64,000 nt of DNA, taken from NCBI GenBank assembly GCA_963799845.1, contig CAWCYI010000005.1, positions 1 to 64,000 on the forward strand. Reading direction: 5' to 3'. Origin of the DNA: an uncultured Nitrososphaerota archaeon. Its GTDB lineage: Archaea; Thermoproteota; Nitrososphaeria; Nitrososphaerales; CADDZS01. Shown here one piece after another: positions 18,602 to 28,986 of the stretch. The position numbers and the translations under genes are program-made. Numbering within the stretch: position 1 is the stretch's first letter; each line of letters opens with the position of its first letter. The notes below the pieces were generated by a model, which was not told where the DNA came from, searched no databases, and saw only the letters and a list, made by a program, of their open reading frames with translations.

Positions 18602-19564
18602 TTGCTCTTGAATCGCATGTTCTTGAGAGACAAGTACGCTGGAACGTTAATCGGGCTTGCATGCGGAGATGCTCTTGGAGCGCCGATCGAATTCATGCGC
18701 CTGGGTACCTTCAACAAAGTGACGGAGATGATGGCAGGAGGGCCGTTCAATCTGCCTGCGGGATACTGGACCGATGACACTTCTTTGGCACTTTGCCTAG
18801 CTCAGAGTATAATCGCGCGCAAGGGTTTCGATCCCGTCGATCAGTTGCGAAACTACTTGCGCTGGTACGAATCGGGATACATGAGTAGCAACGGAAAGTG
18901 CTTTGACATCGGAAACACTACAAGAGAAGCTCTTGAAAGATTCCGAGCCGAAACTCTTCCCTACCCAGGTCCAACGGAGTCGAATCGCGCCGGAAATGGG
19001 AGTCTCATGAGATTGTGCCCAGTTCCGATGGCTTTTCTGCAGCAGCCCGAAGTTGCCATTCGATTGTCAGGTGAGAGTTCGCGAACAACACACGATTCTG
19101 TGGAATGCATCGACGCGTGCAAATATTTGGGGGCTTTACTTGTAGGTGCCTTGAGTGGTGAAGAAAAGCAAAATCTCCTATCCCCCCAATATGAACCAGT
19201 TCCCGGACTCTGGAAGAAAAACCCGTTGACTGCAAAGATTGCGAAAGTTGCGAACGGTTCATTCAGAGATGGCAACCATTCTATTCGAGGAACAACCTAT
19301 GTTGTTGACTGTCTCGAGGCGGCTCTCTGGGCCTTCGACAATTCAAATACATTCGAGGAGGGCTGCATAAAGGCGGTGAATCTAGGAGAAGATGCGGATA
19401 CCACAGGAGCCGTTTATGGTCAACTTGCGGGGGCATTTTACGGCTTGAAATCGATTCCGGTCCGATGGATTGACAAAGTCACCAAATTATCGAAGCTAAA
19501 GGGAATTGCAAATCGTCTTGATAAGCTAAGCTTTGATTGTTTGATCGATTTATCCATTCAATGA
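18602..19564 (+). CDS. ADP-ribosylglycohydrolase (DraG/ARH family)
   Basis: GLACGDALG, WTDDT, AGNGSLMR, TTH, NLGEDADTTGAVYGQLAGA. Confidence 0.95.
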   Translation: MLLNRMFLRDKYAGTLIGLACGDALGAPIEFMRLGTFNKVTEMMAGGPFNLPAGYWTDDTSLALCLAQSIIARKGFDPVDQLRNYLRWYESGYMSSNGKCFDIGNTTREALERFRAETLPYPGPTESNRAGNGSLMRLCPVPMAFLQQPEVAIRLSGESSRTTHDSVECIDACKYLGALLVGALSGEEKQNLLSPQYEPVPGLWKKNPLTAKIAKVANGSFRDGNHSIRGTTYVVDCLEAALWAFDNSNTFEEGCIKAVNLGEDADTTGAVYGQLAGAFYGLKSIPVRWIDKVTKLSKLKGIANRLDKLSFDCLIDLSIQ

Positions 19565-19780
19565 ATGTCTGTCAGTTTTTTTAGTTGGTTAACTAATCAA
19601 AATTGTGATTCGAGATTCTTATGTTGTTTGAACGCCGAGACACATTTTTCTCTCGCTTGCGTCTCAACTCGACTAATCCTTTTTCCTGAGACGCAGCTTA
19701 CTCCAAGATAGTCAAGAAAACTCATTTTCTTAGAGGTTCGCTCCTTCTTGGACAAAAAGAGGTGCTGACTTGTTAGTTAC

Positions 19781-21382
19781 TTAATATTTTTCTACTTTTC
19801 CGCAGTTCTTGCAAACCCGGCCATCTTGCGGATTGTTCACTTTGTCCCATATTACTGTGTATTCCCATTCTTCGTGTTTACAACTAGAAACATTTGATTC
19901 AATTCTTTTTTCAGTTATTTTTCCATCGACTATCGCCAATAATCTCTGAACGGTTCCTCTCGTCTTTTCATCATCAATGTATGAAAGCACCTCAAGATCT
20001 GAAGGAACTGGTAATCCAAATCTCTTTGATAAAATGGTCTTGACAATCTCAAATGTGAACCTATTCATGGGATCGACTTTTCCTCGAATCATCCATTCAC
20101 TTATCTCGTCAGCCAATTCCTTCCGCTTCAGAATATCCAATGAAATATTTGTAATTGGCTCCCTCAATTCTGCAAACTCCTCGTCACGATACACATCGAC
20201 AATAGTTTTACGTACGTCTCGATGATCAACAAAGCTTGCGTCAATTGTGAGACGATCTCGTTTCCAAGTTTGGCTTAAAGCTAGTATGCGAATTATTGAT
20301 CTTAAGAATAGTCGAGGATTGAAGCGTCCACCTCGTTTCGTGCGATGTGAAAGACTAATTATGAATTCTCGCGTGAACGGTGTTAACTCAAGAGAATAGT
20401 CGGGTCTTGAAAATGACAAGATACCCCTTGTCATTTCTATGATGTCTTCATCAGAAGGATTCGGAAACTCGATTTTTTCAAGGCTCCCTTTGATAATATA
20501 GTATCGTATTTTGATATTAGAGCTCCTTAGTCGTCTATCTACCTCTGTTCTGAAAGTGAGTATGAATGAAATACGGTGATCAGCTATTACATCTAGTAAG
20601 TATTGGTCAAGCCTATACTGACTTACTGATCTCCAATCCTCCGACTCATCTATTACGAGCATGATGTGAATACCGGCTTTGAGGCATACTTCCCTGAAGA
20701 CCTCAAAGTCTCTCAAGTTCTTTCTTGGCGATCTAAACAGGGCATTGAATGAATTCAGAAACTCTAAGGAAGCGATTGGATAAACAAGCCGTCCGAATTC
20801 ATAAGCGAAATCGTAATCGACCTTCCCTGGTAGATCGTCATGGGTCGCGAGATTCTCCACGTATCCAGATAATGCCCTAGATAACCCATCCAAGTCGCTC
20901 TGCTGATGAGTAGGAATAAGTTTTCGGTTTGGACTTCGTTCGAGCATATCGGCCGCAATTTTTTGAAGTATCTCGTGAAGTGATTCTAACCTTAACTCAT
21001 GAACGTCCTCTTTCTCGCCTCGCGTTGGGTCCCACGTAATCGGAAGGCCGTTTGCTACGGTATAATCAAGCAAGTCCTTTGGAGAGGTCGGCTTTTCGCA
21101 GTATAGCGCTAAAATTCTATTCTTACCTACTTCCATCTGGGGTTCGTTGAATAGGCTCGAATTCAGAAGATAGCAAAGATTGTAAAGCAGTGTTGACTTG
21201 CCTATACCCCAATACTCGTTGACGAATCCGTTCACTACGTTTCCAGTTCTGATTTGAGTCGTTAACTTCTCGGCAAGAGATGAAATTCTTCTATCACTGC
21301 CATATGCTTTGAGGGTATAGTCGCCGAGAAAAAGTGGAATGTTTCCTACTAAGTGATAATCGCTCCAAGTAAATTGGTTCAA
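19781..21382 (-). CDS. P-loop AAA+ ATPase, paralogue B, with C-terminal Zn ribbon
   Basis: Walker A EYWGIGKST, Walker B LVIDESEDW, FNPRLF lid motif, terminal CKH...CKNCGK. Confidence 0.8.
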   Translation of the reverse strand: MNQFTWSDYHLVGNIPLFLGDYTLKAYGSDRRISSLAEKLTTQIRTGNVVNGFVNEYWGIGKSTLLYNLCYLLNSSLFNEPQMEVGKNRILALYCEKPTSPKDLLDYTVANGLPITWDPTRGEKEDVHELRLESLHEILQKIAADMLERSPNRKLIPTHQQSDLDGLSRALSGYVENLATHDDLPGKVDYDFAYEFGRLVYPIASLEFLNSFNALFRSPRKNLRDFEVFREVCLKAGIHIMLVIDESEDWRSVSQYRLDQYLLDVIADHRISFILTFRTEVDRRLRSSNIKIRYYIIKGSLEKIEFPNPSDEDIIEMTRGILSFSRPDYSLELTPFTREFIISLSHRTKRGGRFNPRLFLRSIIRILALSQTWKRDRLTIDASFVDHRDVRKTIVDVYRDEEFAELREPITNISLDILKRKELADEISEWMIRGKVDPMNRFTFEIVKTILSKRFGLPVPSDLEVLSYIDDEKTRGTVQRLLAIVDGKITEKRIESNVSSCKHEEWEYTVIWDKVNNPQDGRVCKNCGKVEKY

Positions 21383-21388
21383 GTTTTC

Positions 21389-22958
21389 TCAATAATTCAA
21401 ATTGATACTATCAAATGGTCTCATTAGAGTCCTTACGAGCTCTCTTGCAGGCTGATAGCGAGAAGGAATCTCTCCTAGCGCAGTGAAAAAAAAGAGACGG
21501 CTTGCGAATCTTAGAATCCTTGGAAATAGTGAGTGCGAGAACCTGATCCATTTCTTGCAAAGAGAGGCCAATCCTAGATGCTAAAAGGAACCTGAAGTCT
21601 GGAAAATAATAGGCCCCCTGAGAGTCACGGAATCGAGAGGGTCCCTTGAACATATCGAGAACCGATTGTGCCACAAACTCTGTTTTTACCGGTGCCTTGC
21701 TGGCAATGAAAACATTAGATTGGCAGTATGACTCGGGGCCCACCTCGTCATGATAGACTGAATAATTAAAGTCGACAATCTCGGAGTTCGGAAGATTATC
21801 CTGAAGTGAGAGTATGTTCTTCCTTTGTCTTGCAGTTTGTAAGGTATCGTCGTCCACAAAGCGCTGAAGGAATGAGTAGTGGCGCATAGTCCTTTCTCTT
21901 TTGGACGTCGGCCAAGAATTGTATTCTTCCAAGTCATTAATATTTGATAGATGAACCAGCGAATTAGTCAACCATGAAGCGAAAGCATAATTTTCGATTA
22001 AGCGAATAGAACCTGAGCTCGCATGTCTGAGGTAGGTTTCTAGGACGGGACCAAAAAAAGCAAAACCCAGTCCAGGTCCTTTTAGGGCGTTAGATGCGAT
22101 CAGGCTGTTGACGCTACAAGAGCCCTCTATTTTTTCGTAGAACCGAATATTGTCATCCAGAGTTCCCGGCCTTGCATCAACGGGTGATTCCCAAACCTCA
22201 TGTTCTCTTTCGAATTCTTCCAGAATTCCTAATACACTTGCAACCTGAGAAAATGATAATTGTTCACGTCTTAGAATGATTCTTCCCACCTTTTCGATAT
22301 CCTGGCCATTTGTGATCTTCTTCATTTCTTCAGCAAGCAAACCGTTCCCAATAATTGTGAAGTAACCGTTGGAATAGTCAGCAAGACCTAGCTGAATCAG
22401 AGCTCGTCCGAATTGGTTCTCCCCAAGCTTTCCCCTAACTTCTGCCGTCAGATTTGGATTCTTAAAGCCGTCTAGGAGAGCCTTGCATTGAGCGGCTTTG
22501 TAGCGAGCATAGTTTTCGCCGATACCGTTCGTAGAGGAAGCCGTGAGTTGGCCTGTATCGATGAGTATGAATGTGACCAAATCAGAACTTAGCGGATGAC
22601 AACAGTACTTGGGCGAGTTAGAATCACCAACAAGAAATGTGATTCTTCCACGAAAAGGAATATGGTATTCAACAAATCCCGAACGCTTATGCCAAGCTTT
22701 CGCATAATCTTGCCAAGCGGAAGAGATGAGATGAGGTACTAGTTTCCCCTTTTCGGATCGATAAAGACTTGTTCTTAGAAGAAAATACTCCAACGTTCTA
22801 TGAGATCTTATTTTCTCTTGAACGGAAATAATACCCGCTTCTTTTTCAAGTTCCGGAGAAGACCTCAAAGACTTTATGTCAATTGGTTCATTTCGATTTT
22901 TATCAAGAAATTCAGAAAATTTCTTTGCGTCAATCTTTCCCAACATTGCCCGAACCAC
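21389..22958 (-). CDS. Hypothetical protein with probable wHTH segments
   Basis: 515-aa ORF tightly spaced between the two ATPases; LIQLGLADYSNGYFTI and FPDFRFLLASRIGLSLQEMDQVL look like wHTH parts; likely one-base indel near the T8 run (~21490) moves the true stop to 21389. Confidence 0.7.
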
Positions 22959-22964
22959 AGGGTC

Positions 22965-24365
22965 TCATTCTGCTCTGTCACTTTGGAATATCTCTGCGGT
23001 TTGGTTCGCAGCTTTCAATGCATCCGCGATAATTCGAATAACTTCGTCATTCTCCAAAATCTCTGCTGTCAAGGCAGGTGAGGTGCGAGGCCAAGACCGG
23101 CTCTTGTCAAGAATGTTAACTAGAGCACTCACAAAAGTTCTAGGATTGAACGTTTCTTGACCTCTCCGCGTTTTCTCCGCAAGCGCTTTTATGAAATCAT
23201 CAGAAAGGGGGAAAGCCGATTCTTTTCCACTCCTTGCTGTGCTTAGAATCCCTTCCGTAAGTTTCTTAATATTGTCAAACGACATTTTTCGCATTTCCAG
23301 ACTGTCCAATCTTTCGTAAATAGTCTGGTATGTCCCTAGGGCCGAAGTCGAAGCTATTTTGTCCAATACTTCTGTTCTGAACACAAGAACGAGAGAAACA
23401 TATGATTCTGCGTCAACTACAAGATCATGCAAATCTCTATCAATTTTATCGCGAACAACTTGGTTCCAATCTTCAACTTCGTCAAATACGATAAGAACAA
23501 AAGTATTCGTCGCTCTGAGAAGCTTTTCAAAGGCTAGGAAGACCCTAAGATTCCTTTCTGGTGTATCGAACAAAGCCTTTCTGGCTGCTAGAAAGTCATT
23601 CGAGTTCAATGGGAAAAGTAGTTTTGGGAATTGTTGCTCAAAGGTCTCCTCGCTTACCCTCAAATTTCCTTTCTTCATTTCCATAGAAGTCATTAGCGTT
23701 CTAGCATAATATCGCATAAGTTCGCCAGCTTCGCTATAGGTTTGATCATTTTTTTGCTGAAGTTCGTCAATTCTTTTCATAAATTCTGACGTCTTCAATG
23801 AATCCAGAGATACGATTTGATCGAATAGTTCCTTGCGCGACACTGCTCCTCCCACGGCCGCATCTACCAAACCCTTCTTCTTGATCTCGTGAATAGACTT
23901 TCTTAAGAACACAAAGGCTAACTTTCTAAGCGATTTCTGAAAGAGCTCAATTCTGAGCTCTACAGCTTCATCTTTCGGACGATTTAGATCCCACGTTACT
24001 GCAAGACCATTTTCGTAGCTTCGATCTAATAATTTGGTGCGTTTCTCAGGTTTCTCCTGAAAGAACGCTAGAACATGTCTGTAAATGCCTTTTTCAGGTG
24101 ATTCAAGTTCGTCACCAAAGAAGAGGCGATCATTGATAATGTAACAGATATTGTAGAGGAAAGTAGACTTGCCACTACCCCAGTAGGCAACTAGCTTCAT
24201 CAACATCCTAGTGGACGATTTCGAGTATCGTGACACATTATTTAGAAATTCATTAATCTCATCGTCTCGTCCGAATGCCCGTATAGTATAATCAGCTAGC
24301 GAAATAGCTGGTTTTCCGTCCATTTCGTAATCCTTCCAAGTCCAATCGTGCTTCAGTTCCGACAT
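22965..24365 (-). CDS. P-loop AAA+ ATPase, paralogue A
   Basis: Walker A AYWGSGKST, Walker B IVFDEVEDW, FNPRTF lid motif. Confidence 0.82.
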   Translation of the reverse strand: MSELKHDWTWKDYEMDGKPAISLADYTIRAFGRDDEINEFLNNVSRYSKSSTRMLMKLVAYWGSGKSTFLYNICYIINDRLFFGDELESPEKGIYRHVLAFFQEKPEKRTKLLDRSYENGLAVTWDLNRPKDEAVELRIELFQKSLRKLAFVFLRKSIHEIKKKGLVDAAVGGAVSRKELFDQIVSLDSLKTSEFMKRIDELQQKNDQTYSEAGELMRYYARTLMTSMEMKKGNLRVSEETFEQQFPKLLFPLNSNDFLAARKALFDTPERNLRVFLAFEKLLRATNTFVLIVFDEVEDWNQVVRDKIDRDLHDLVVDAESYVSLVLVFRTEVLDKIASTSALGTYQTIYERLDSLEMRKMSFDNIKKLTEGILSTARSGKESAFPLSDDFIKALAEKTRRGQETFNPRTFVSALVNILDKSRSWPRTSPALTAEILENDEVIRIIADALKAANQTAEIFQSDRAE

Positions 24366-24421
24366 TCTGATTGGTCAGCTTCGGCAACGGTTATTTGGCC
24401 TCGATAATAAGCGTTGGCAAT

Positions 24422-25810
24422 ATGCCAGTCGAATTGGCCTTCTATGGAGGAGTCAATGGAACTATCGGTGGCAATGCTATCGTGGTCAAGACCGTCTTCG
24501 ATGGCAAAGTTCGACAATACCTGTTTGATTTTGGAATCCCGCCGCGCGAATATGGGCTTGCTCTGTCTTTGGGATTAGACCAAAATTGCAGCCTAGACGA
24601 TTTAATCCAGATGAAGCTAGTTACCAGATTTGAAGATTTTAATTTCAGGGCATGCTTCATAACTCACGCACACAAAGATCACTATCTCGCTTTGCCTGCA
24701 TTGTTTAACTCCAAGAGCAGACCGCTCACGATTTGGGCGAGCAAGACCACATCAAGAATAATAAAACAATACTTCAACAAAATTGAATTTACAGAGAGCA
24801 TTCTGCATTCTGATCCGATTGCAGCGGGACAGTATTATCAGGATCTACATTCGGAATTACCGGGAGGATTTTCCGTAGTGCCCTATCCGGTCGATCATGA
24901 TGTGCCTGGTGCTTGTTGTTATAGTGTTTTGACTGACAAATCAATGATAACATATACTGGTGATTTCAGAGATCATGGACCTTTGAGCAAACTTATGTCA
25001 AGACAGTTCTGGGTCTATCTGAATGACATCGCTAAGAGCAGAAATAGAATTTTGATCACAGAAGGAACCAACTACGGCCTTCCTTATTCTCATTGGTCCG
25101 ATGAACACTTTCAGGACAGAATTCGAGACATTTTAGAGGTTTATTCCGATGAATTGATTGTTTTTACGCTTGATAGAGATGGAGTTTGGGATTTACTTAC
25201 ATGCGTGAAGGCGATTCTATTTTCCCAGCCAATCACTAAGAGAAAGATCATCGTAAGTCAAGAAATCATTACGTTCTTATCTAAAGTGGAGCAATCATTT
25301 GTAGATGATTATGCTCATGTGATTGATGGAATGGAAGCAAACTGTACGACGTACCTTAGAAGGGACAAATTTATCGTTGTGAATCTTAATTCAGAGGATC
25401 GCGCCCAAGGCTTACTAAGGGAGATTGCGAAATCGCCAAGCGATTTTATCATAATTGCGACAAAAAAAGATTCAATGCGGATAATGAGGGGAGTGTCTAT
25501 GTTTCAAACCAGGCCAGGCGGGTGCTGCGTAATGAGTTTTTCAAGTGGGGACGAGGATCCCGAGGAGAATTTCGCTCATCAATTTGCTAAATCTGCTGCA
25601 GACTTGGGCTACTCTGTTGAGAGAACCAACGCTCCCGTGAGAGGTCACATATCACCTCACAAATTGTTAGATGTCATTCAAAATTTACGCCCCAATAAGA
25701 TCTTCATAGTGCATACGCTATCGCCACTTGGATTGCAGGATTTTATCTTGAGGCATACGAATGCGGAAGTCATAGTTCCAAGTCTGAATACGCCGATGCA
25801 AATAGAATAA
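24422..25810 (+). CDS. MBL-fold beta-CASP/RNase J-like hydrolase
   Basis: FYGGV..IGGN, FDFG, THAHKDH, DHDVPGA, YTGDFR, ITEGT, GHIS, IVH; ATG at 24422 preferred over 24371. Confidence 0.88.
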   Translation: MPVELAFYGGVNGTIGGNAIVVKTVFDGKVRQYLFDFGIPPREYGLALSLGLDQNCSLDDLIQMKLVTRFEDFNFRACFITHAHKDHYLALPALFNSKSRPLTIWASKTTSRIIKQYFNKIEFTESILHSDPIAAGQYYQDLHSELPGGFSVVPYPVDHDVPGACCYSVLTDKSMITYTGDFRDHGPLSKLMSRQFWVYLNDIAKSRNRILITEGTNYGLPYSHWSDEHFQDRIRDILEVYSDELIVFTLDRDGVWDLLTCVKAILFSQPITKRKIIVSQEIITFLSKVEQSFVDDYAHVIDGMEANCTTYLRRDKFIVVNLNSEDRAQGLLREIAKSPSDFIIIATKKDSMRIMRGVSMFQTRPGGCCVMSFSSGDEDPEENFAHQFAKSAADLGYSVERTNAPVRGHISPHKLLDVIQNLRPNKIFIVHTLSPLGLQDFILRHTNAEVIVPSLNTPMQIE

Positions 25811-26193
25811 TACCATATCCTGTTTGGTATCAACTGTAAGAATTTGCTCGGAATAATTTGCAGCGAAAGCATGGTGGTCAGTTTCACTAGCTACGAAAGC
25901 TAGCACATTCTTGAGTCTCATGCTTTTCTAAGATCGTAGAAAGTGGCATCGCCTAAGCGAAAGCTCAGCAATTGATGAACTCAGAACAAAGAAGGACAAA
26001 ATTCGGATTAATGAATTGGAGCTTGCTTTGGAGAAATCTCAAAGCGAACTTACCGTCTTGGGAGTCGAAGTCTTCGATCTTAAAACTTCGATTGAGATTG
26101 CAACAGAAAGAAGATGAATGATATTCTGTGATTTCTTGCCTGTTACCAAAATCCGTATGGCTTAAATGGATTGACGAGTGTTAAGTATATTTT

Positions 26194-26472
26194 ATGTCAG
26201 AAAACACCCAGTATGGCAGACCGAGATTTCGAAGAGGATCGTCTTTCCGAAGGGGAACGGATTCTCAAAAGATAGATATTCGTGTAAACATTTTCGACAT
26301 CCCCCCCAACGTTGAGGAAACTGTTGTCGAGAAAGCTCCTGAAAAGAAAAGCATCTCGGATAATCTGAAAAAACTTATCCCGAACGAAGTTGAAGTCGGA
26401 ACACCAATCTATTCTCCAGTTGCTGCTAAGGCAACTTGGCGACTTAAAAGCGACAATGATTTCGCTCTCTAA
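26194..26472 (+). CDS. Hypothetical protein
   Basis: 92-aa ATG ORF with plausible composition; no family recognised. Confidence 0.5.
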   Translation: MSENTQYGRPRFRRGSSFRRGTDSQKIDIRVNIFDIPPNVEETVVEKAPEKKSISDNLKKLIPNEVEVGTPIYSPVAAKATWRLKSDNDFAL

Positions 26473-26555
26473 CTTTGTTACTTTAAACGGGGGAGGGAGC
26501 TGGCTTCCTGTCTTCTCAAGGTCACGGTAGTGAGTGCTTCGGGGGCAGTCAATAA

Positions 26556-26792
26556 TTGACTACCGAGGCGTTACTGCTAATCAACGTGGATGCGGGGACC
26601 CAAGCGCAGTTGACCAAGGAGTTGAAATCAATTCAAAAAGTCAGGGAGGTCTATCTCACGTATGGAGTATACGATTTTATAGTAAAGCTAGAGGCCGAAA
26701 CTCAGGAGGAGCTCAAGGAAGTTATTACTTATCAAATCAGAGCGCTGCGAAACGTTAGAACAACGCTTACAATGGTTGTTGCAGGGAAATGA
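26556..26792 (+). CDS. Stand-alone Lrp/AsnC ligand-binding-domain protein
   Basis: ALLLINVDAG...VREVYLTYGVYDFIVKLEA...IRAL.NVRTTLTMVV. Confidence 0.9.
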   Translation: MTTEALLLINVDAGTQAQLTKELKSIQKVREVYLTYGVYDFIVKLEAETQEELKEVITYQIRALRNVRTTLTMVVAGK

Positions 26793-26853
26793 AGACTGAA
26801 ATCAATTCACCAGTCTCACTGAAATAAAGTACTCAGGAAGATGAATCCCTTCA

Positions 26854-27051
26854 TTGACTCTGATGGTGGCTTGTCAAAACTGTGGTCATCCCTTTCCCTC
26901 TAAAGTCATTCAGCTTTCCAGCAAGGAGTTTCAACTGCGAAAATTTCCTCACTTTATCGAGGAATCTAAAAGATACTCTGAGACGTGTCCTAAATGCAAC
27001 AAGGTCTTTGAATACTATCTAGATAATTTCTTTTGGAAAGATCATGTGTGA
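26854..27051 (+). CDS. Small Zn-ribbon protein
   Basis: CQNCGHPF...CPKCNKVFEY. Confidence 0.65.
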   Translation: MTLMVACQNCGHPFPSKVIQLSSKEFQLRKFPHFIEESKRYSETCPKCNKVFEYYLDNFFWKDHV

Positions 27052-27525
27052 AAATTAAAGCCTTTCTCGCTTGTCGAACTACTATTGAACGGGATTCCCT
27101 CGGTACCATCCGATCCGATCTCACACTGGTAGCGAGGATTCTTTCCGGAGATTGATGAAAAAGTCAGTGATCAGGCTTGTAGCATTGAACGAACCGCATA
27201 GCGATCAGCTTTTGGGGGCTGTCAAATCTCATCAGCTAGAGCGGTCAGCGATCAACTCCTGAGATTTGGGTTTTTGATATGGAAGAAAAATGATAGGTAG
27301 CGGAACTCGGATACAGGTTTTCCCGCAAGCAAAGTTTTGGGATACTTTTGGGCCTCTTATGCCGCAGAGTCTGATACAATAGAAGAAATAGAAGAAATTA
27401 CTTCAGCGCGTGAAGGTGAGACGAAACGCTCGAGAATGTCAGTTCTTCTCTTTTGCCTTAGGGACCGGATTCTTAGCGATTCCTTATAGTATAAGCTAAT
27501 ATTTCGAGTTTCTTCTCGCAAGCTC

Positions 27526-28986
27526 ATGAGATTAGTTATTCCTGCTATTCCGATTCACCAAAAGGAAGGTACCGAAGTTTATCTTACGAAACTAAGCGTC
27601 GAGCACATCAAGAACTTGATCGAAGAAAAGCAACTCGTTTCTGATACGTACAATCCAGATGTGGAGCGAGGTTTCCAGAGACAGCTCGATCCGGAACGAA
27701 TGAGAAAAATCTCCAACTTTCTTGAGAGCAAATTCAAGATAGTACTTCCTATAATGCCAACCTCCGTAGTTCTCTCCTCCAGAAAGAAAAACACGGAACC
27801 GCTAAAATACAAAGATAACAACCTAATCATAGGTGATGACGCCGTTCTCTATGCTGTTGATGGTCAACACAGACTCTTCGGAGCCAAGCAGCTTAAGGAC
27901 AATAGTTACGAATTACCCGTGACAATTGTAAACGGTCTAGATGAACATCAGGAAGCAGCGCAATTCCTGGTGATCAACAGTACACAGAAAAAAGTTGAGC
28001 CATCACTTCAACTTAGAGTACTTTTCTATGCTGACAAGAAGTTAATGGAGACTTTGATCGAGGAAATCAAGAATGTTATTCCTTGGCAATCGTGGAAATT
28101 GGCGGCCTTGAAAATTGCTATCGAATTAACGTTAGAAAACGATCCTGACAATCCTTGGTACAAGCTCGTAAAGCAACCAAATGATCCGTCCGACGATTGG
28201 AAACCGATCAAAGAAGGTAGTTTCGTAGACAGCTTCAGGAGAATGACAAGCGAAGATAATCCAGTTTCTGAAATGGAATCCGATAAGAAAGTCGCCCATT
28301 TGAAGGAATACTGGAACGTAATCAGAAAATTGTGGAGCAGACCATTTGACCAAAAGGAAATGTCAGATTACATTCTTGTGGCGCCATTCGGAGCGGGAGT
28401 CTTCAACACACTCTTCCCCAGCGCTATGGCATTGAAATCTGTAACGAAACAAAGCCTTGAAGAACTTTTGACACCGATTGCTAATACTTATCCAGTCAAA
28501 AGCTGGAGGAGAAAGGGAGAACTAAGCAGAAGTGGCAGCTCGCAACAAGCATACAAAGAGACGGCCGAGGATTTCATATGGAAGATATTTCCGAAACTCG
28601 ATTATTTGGACGAAGTGACATATGACAAAATACGGGAAAAATTCTACAATCTGCGATGGTTAGTGGATGAAGCGTATAATGCCCTTTCTCCGTTGCATCT
28701 AAAGTCAGCGGATTATTTGAAAACAGAAAAAGGGAAATTCAAACGGGCCTGTTATGTTCTAGTAGATTTGGACGAAGACGGAGATGCGGGAATTTATGTC
28801 GGACAGACAAAGACAGTCGAGAGTCGGCTAGGCGCTCATAACAAAAAATTCAATCTATACCACATCGAAAAATGTGAAAAGGACGAAGAAATGAAACAAC
28901 TTGAAGCTGCATTATACCATCTCGTAAAAAAGACCGTAAGAGAAAACACCAATCATCCAAACGCCGACTTTTGTCCGTTTTGTTAA
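27526..28986 (+). CDS. DGQHR (DndB-like) domain fused to a C-terminal GIY-YIG nuclease-like domain
   Basis: GFQRQLD..R, PTSVVLS, VDGQHR, QFLVINSTQKKV; C-terminal CYVL...YVGQT...RLGAH...LE...ENTNHP..CPFC. Confidence 0.85.
   Translation: MRLVIPAIPIHQKEGTEVYLTKLSVEHIKNLIEEKQLVSDTYNPDVERGFQRQLDPERMRKISNFLESKFKIVLPIMPTSVVLSSRKKNTEPLKYKDNNLIIGDDAVLYAVDGQHRLFGAKQLKDNSYELPVTIVNGLDEHQEAAQFLVINSTQKKVEPSLQLRVLFYADKKLMETLIEEIKNVIPWQSWKLAALKIAIELTLENDPDNPWYKLVKQPNDPSDDWKPIKEGSFVDSFRRMTSEDNPVSEMESDKKVAHLKEYWNVIRKLWSRPFDQKEMSDYILVAPFGAGVFNTLFPSAMALKSVTKQSLEELLTPIANTYPVKSWRRKGELSRSGSSQQAYKETAEDFIWKIFPKLDYLDEVTYDKIREKFYNLRWLVDEAYNALSPLHLKSADYLKTEKGKFKRACYVLVDLDEDGDAGIYVGQTKTVESRLGAHNKKFNLYHIEKCEKDEEMKQLEAALYHLVKKTVRENTNHPNADFCPFC

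Noticed and set aside
21389-21500. Programmed frameshift or phase variation at the T8 run in the middle gene
   Set aside because: A homopolymer sequencing error is the simpler explanation given the indels elsewhere in the window.
19781-24365. Calling the twin ATPases BREX, Ssp or Tn7 TnsC
   Set aside because: No PglZ, PglX, PAPS-reductase or DDE transposase gene recognised in the window.
27526-28986. Dnd phosphorothioation or Dpd system
   Set aside because: Only the DGQHR domain is present; no dndACDE, pbe or dpdA-like genes.
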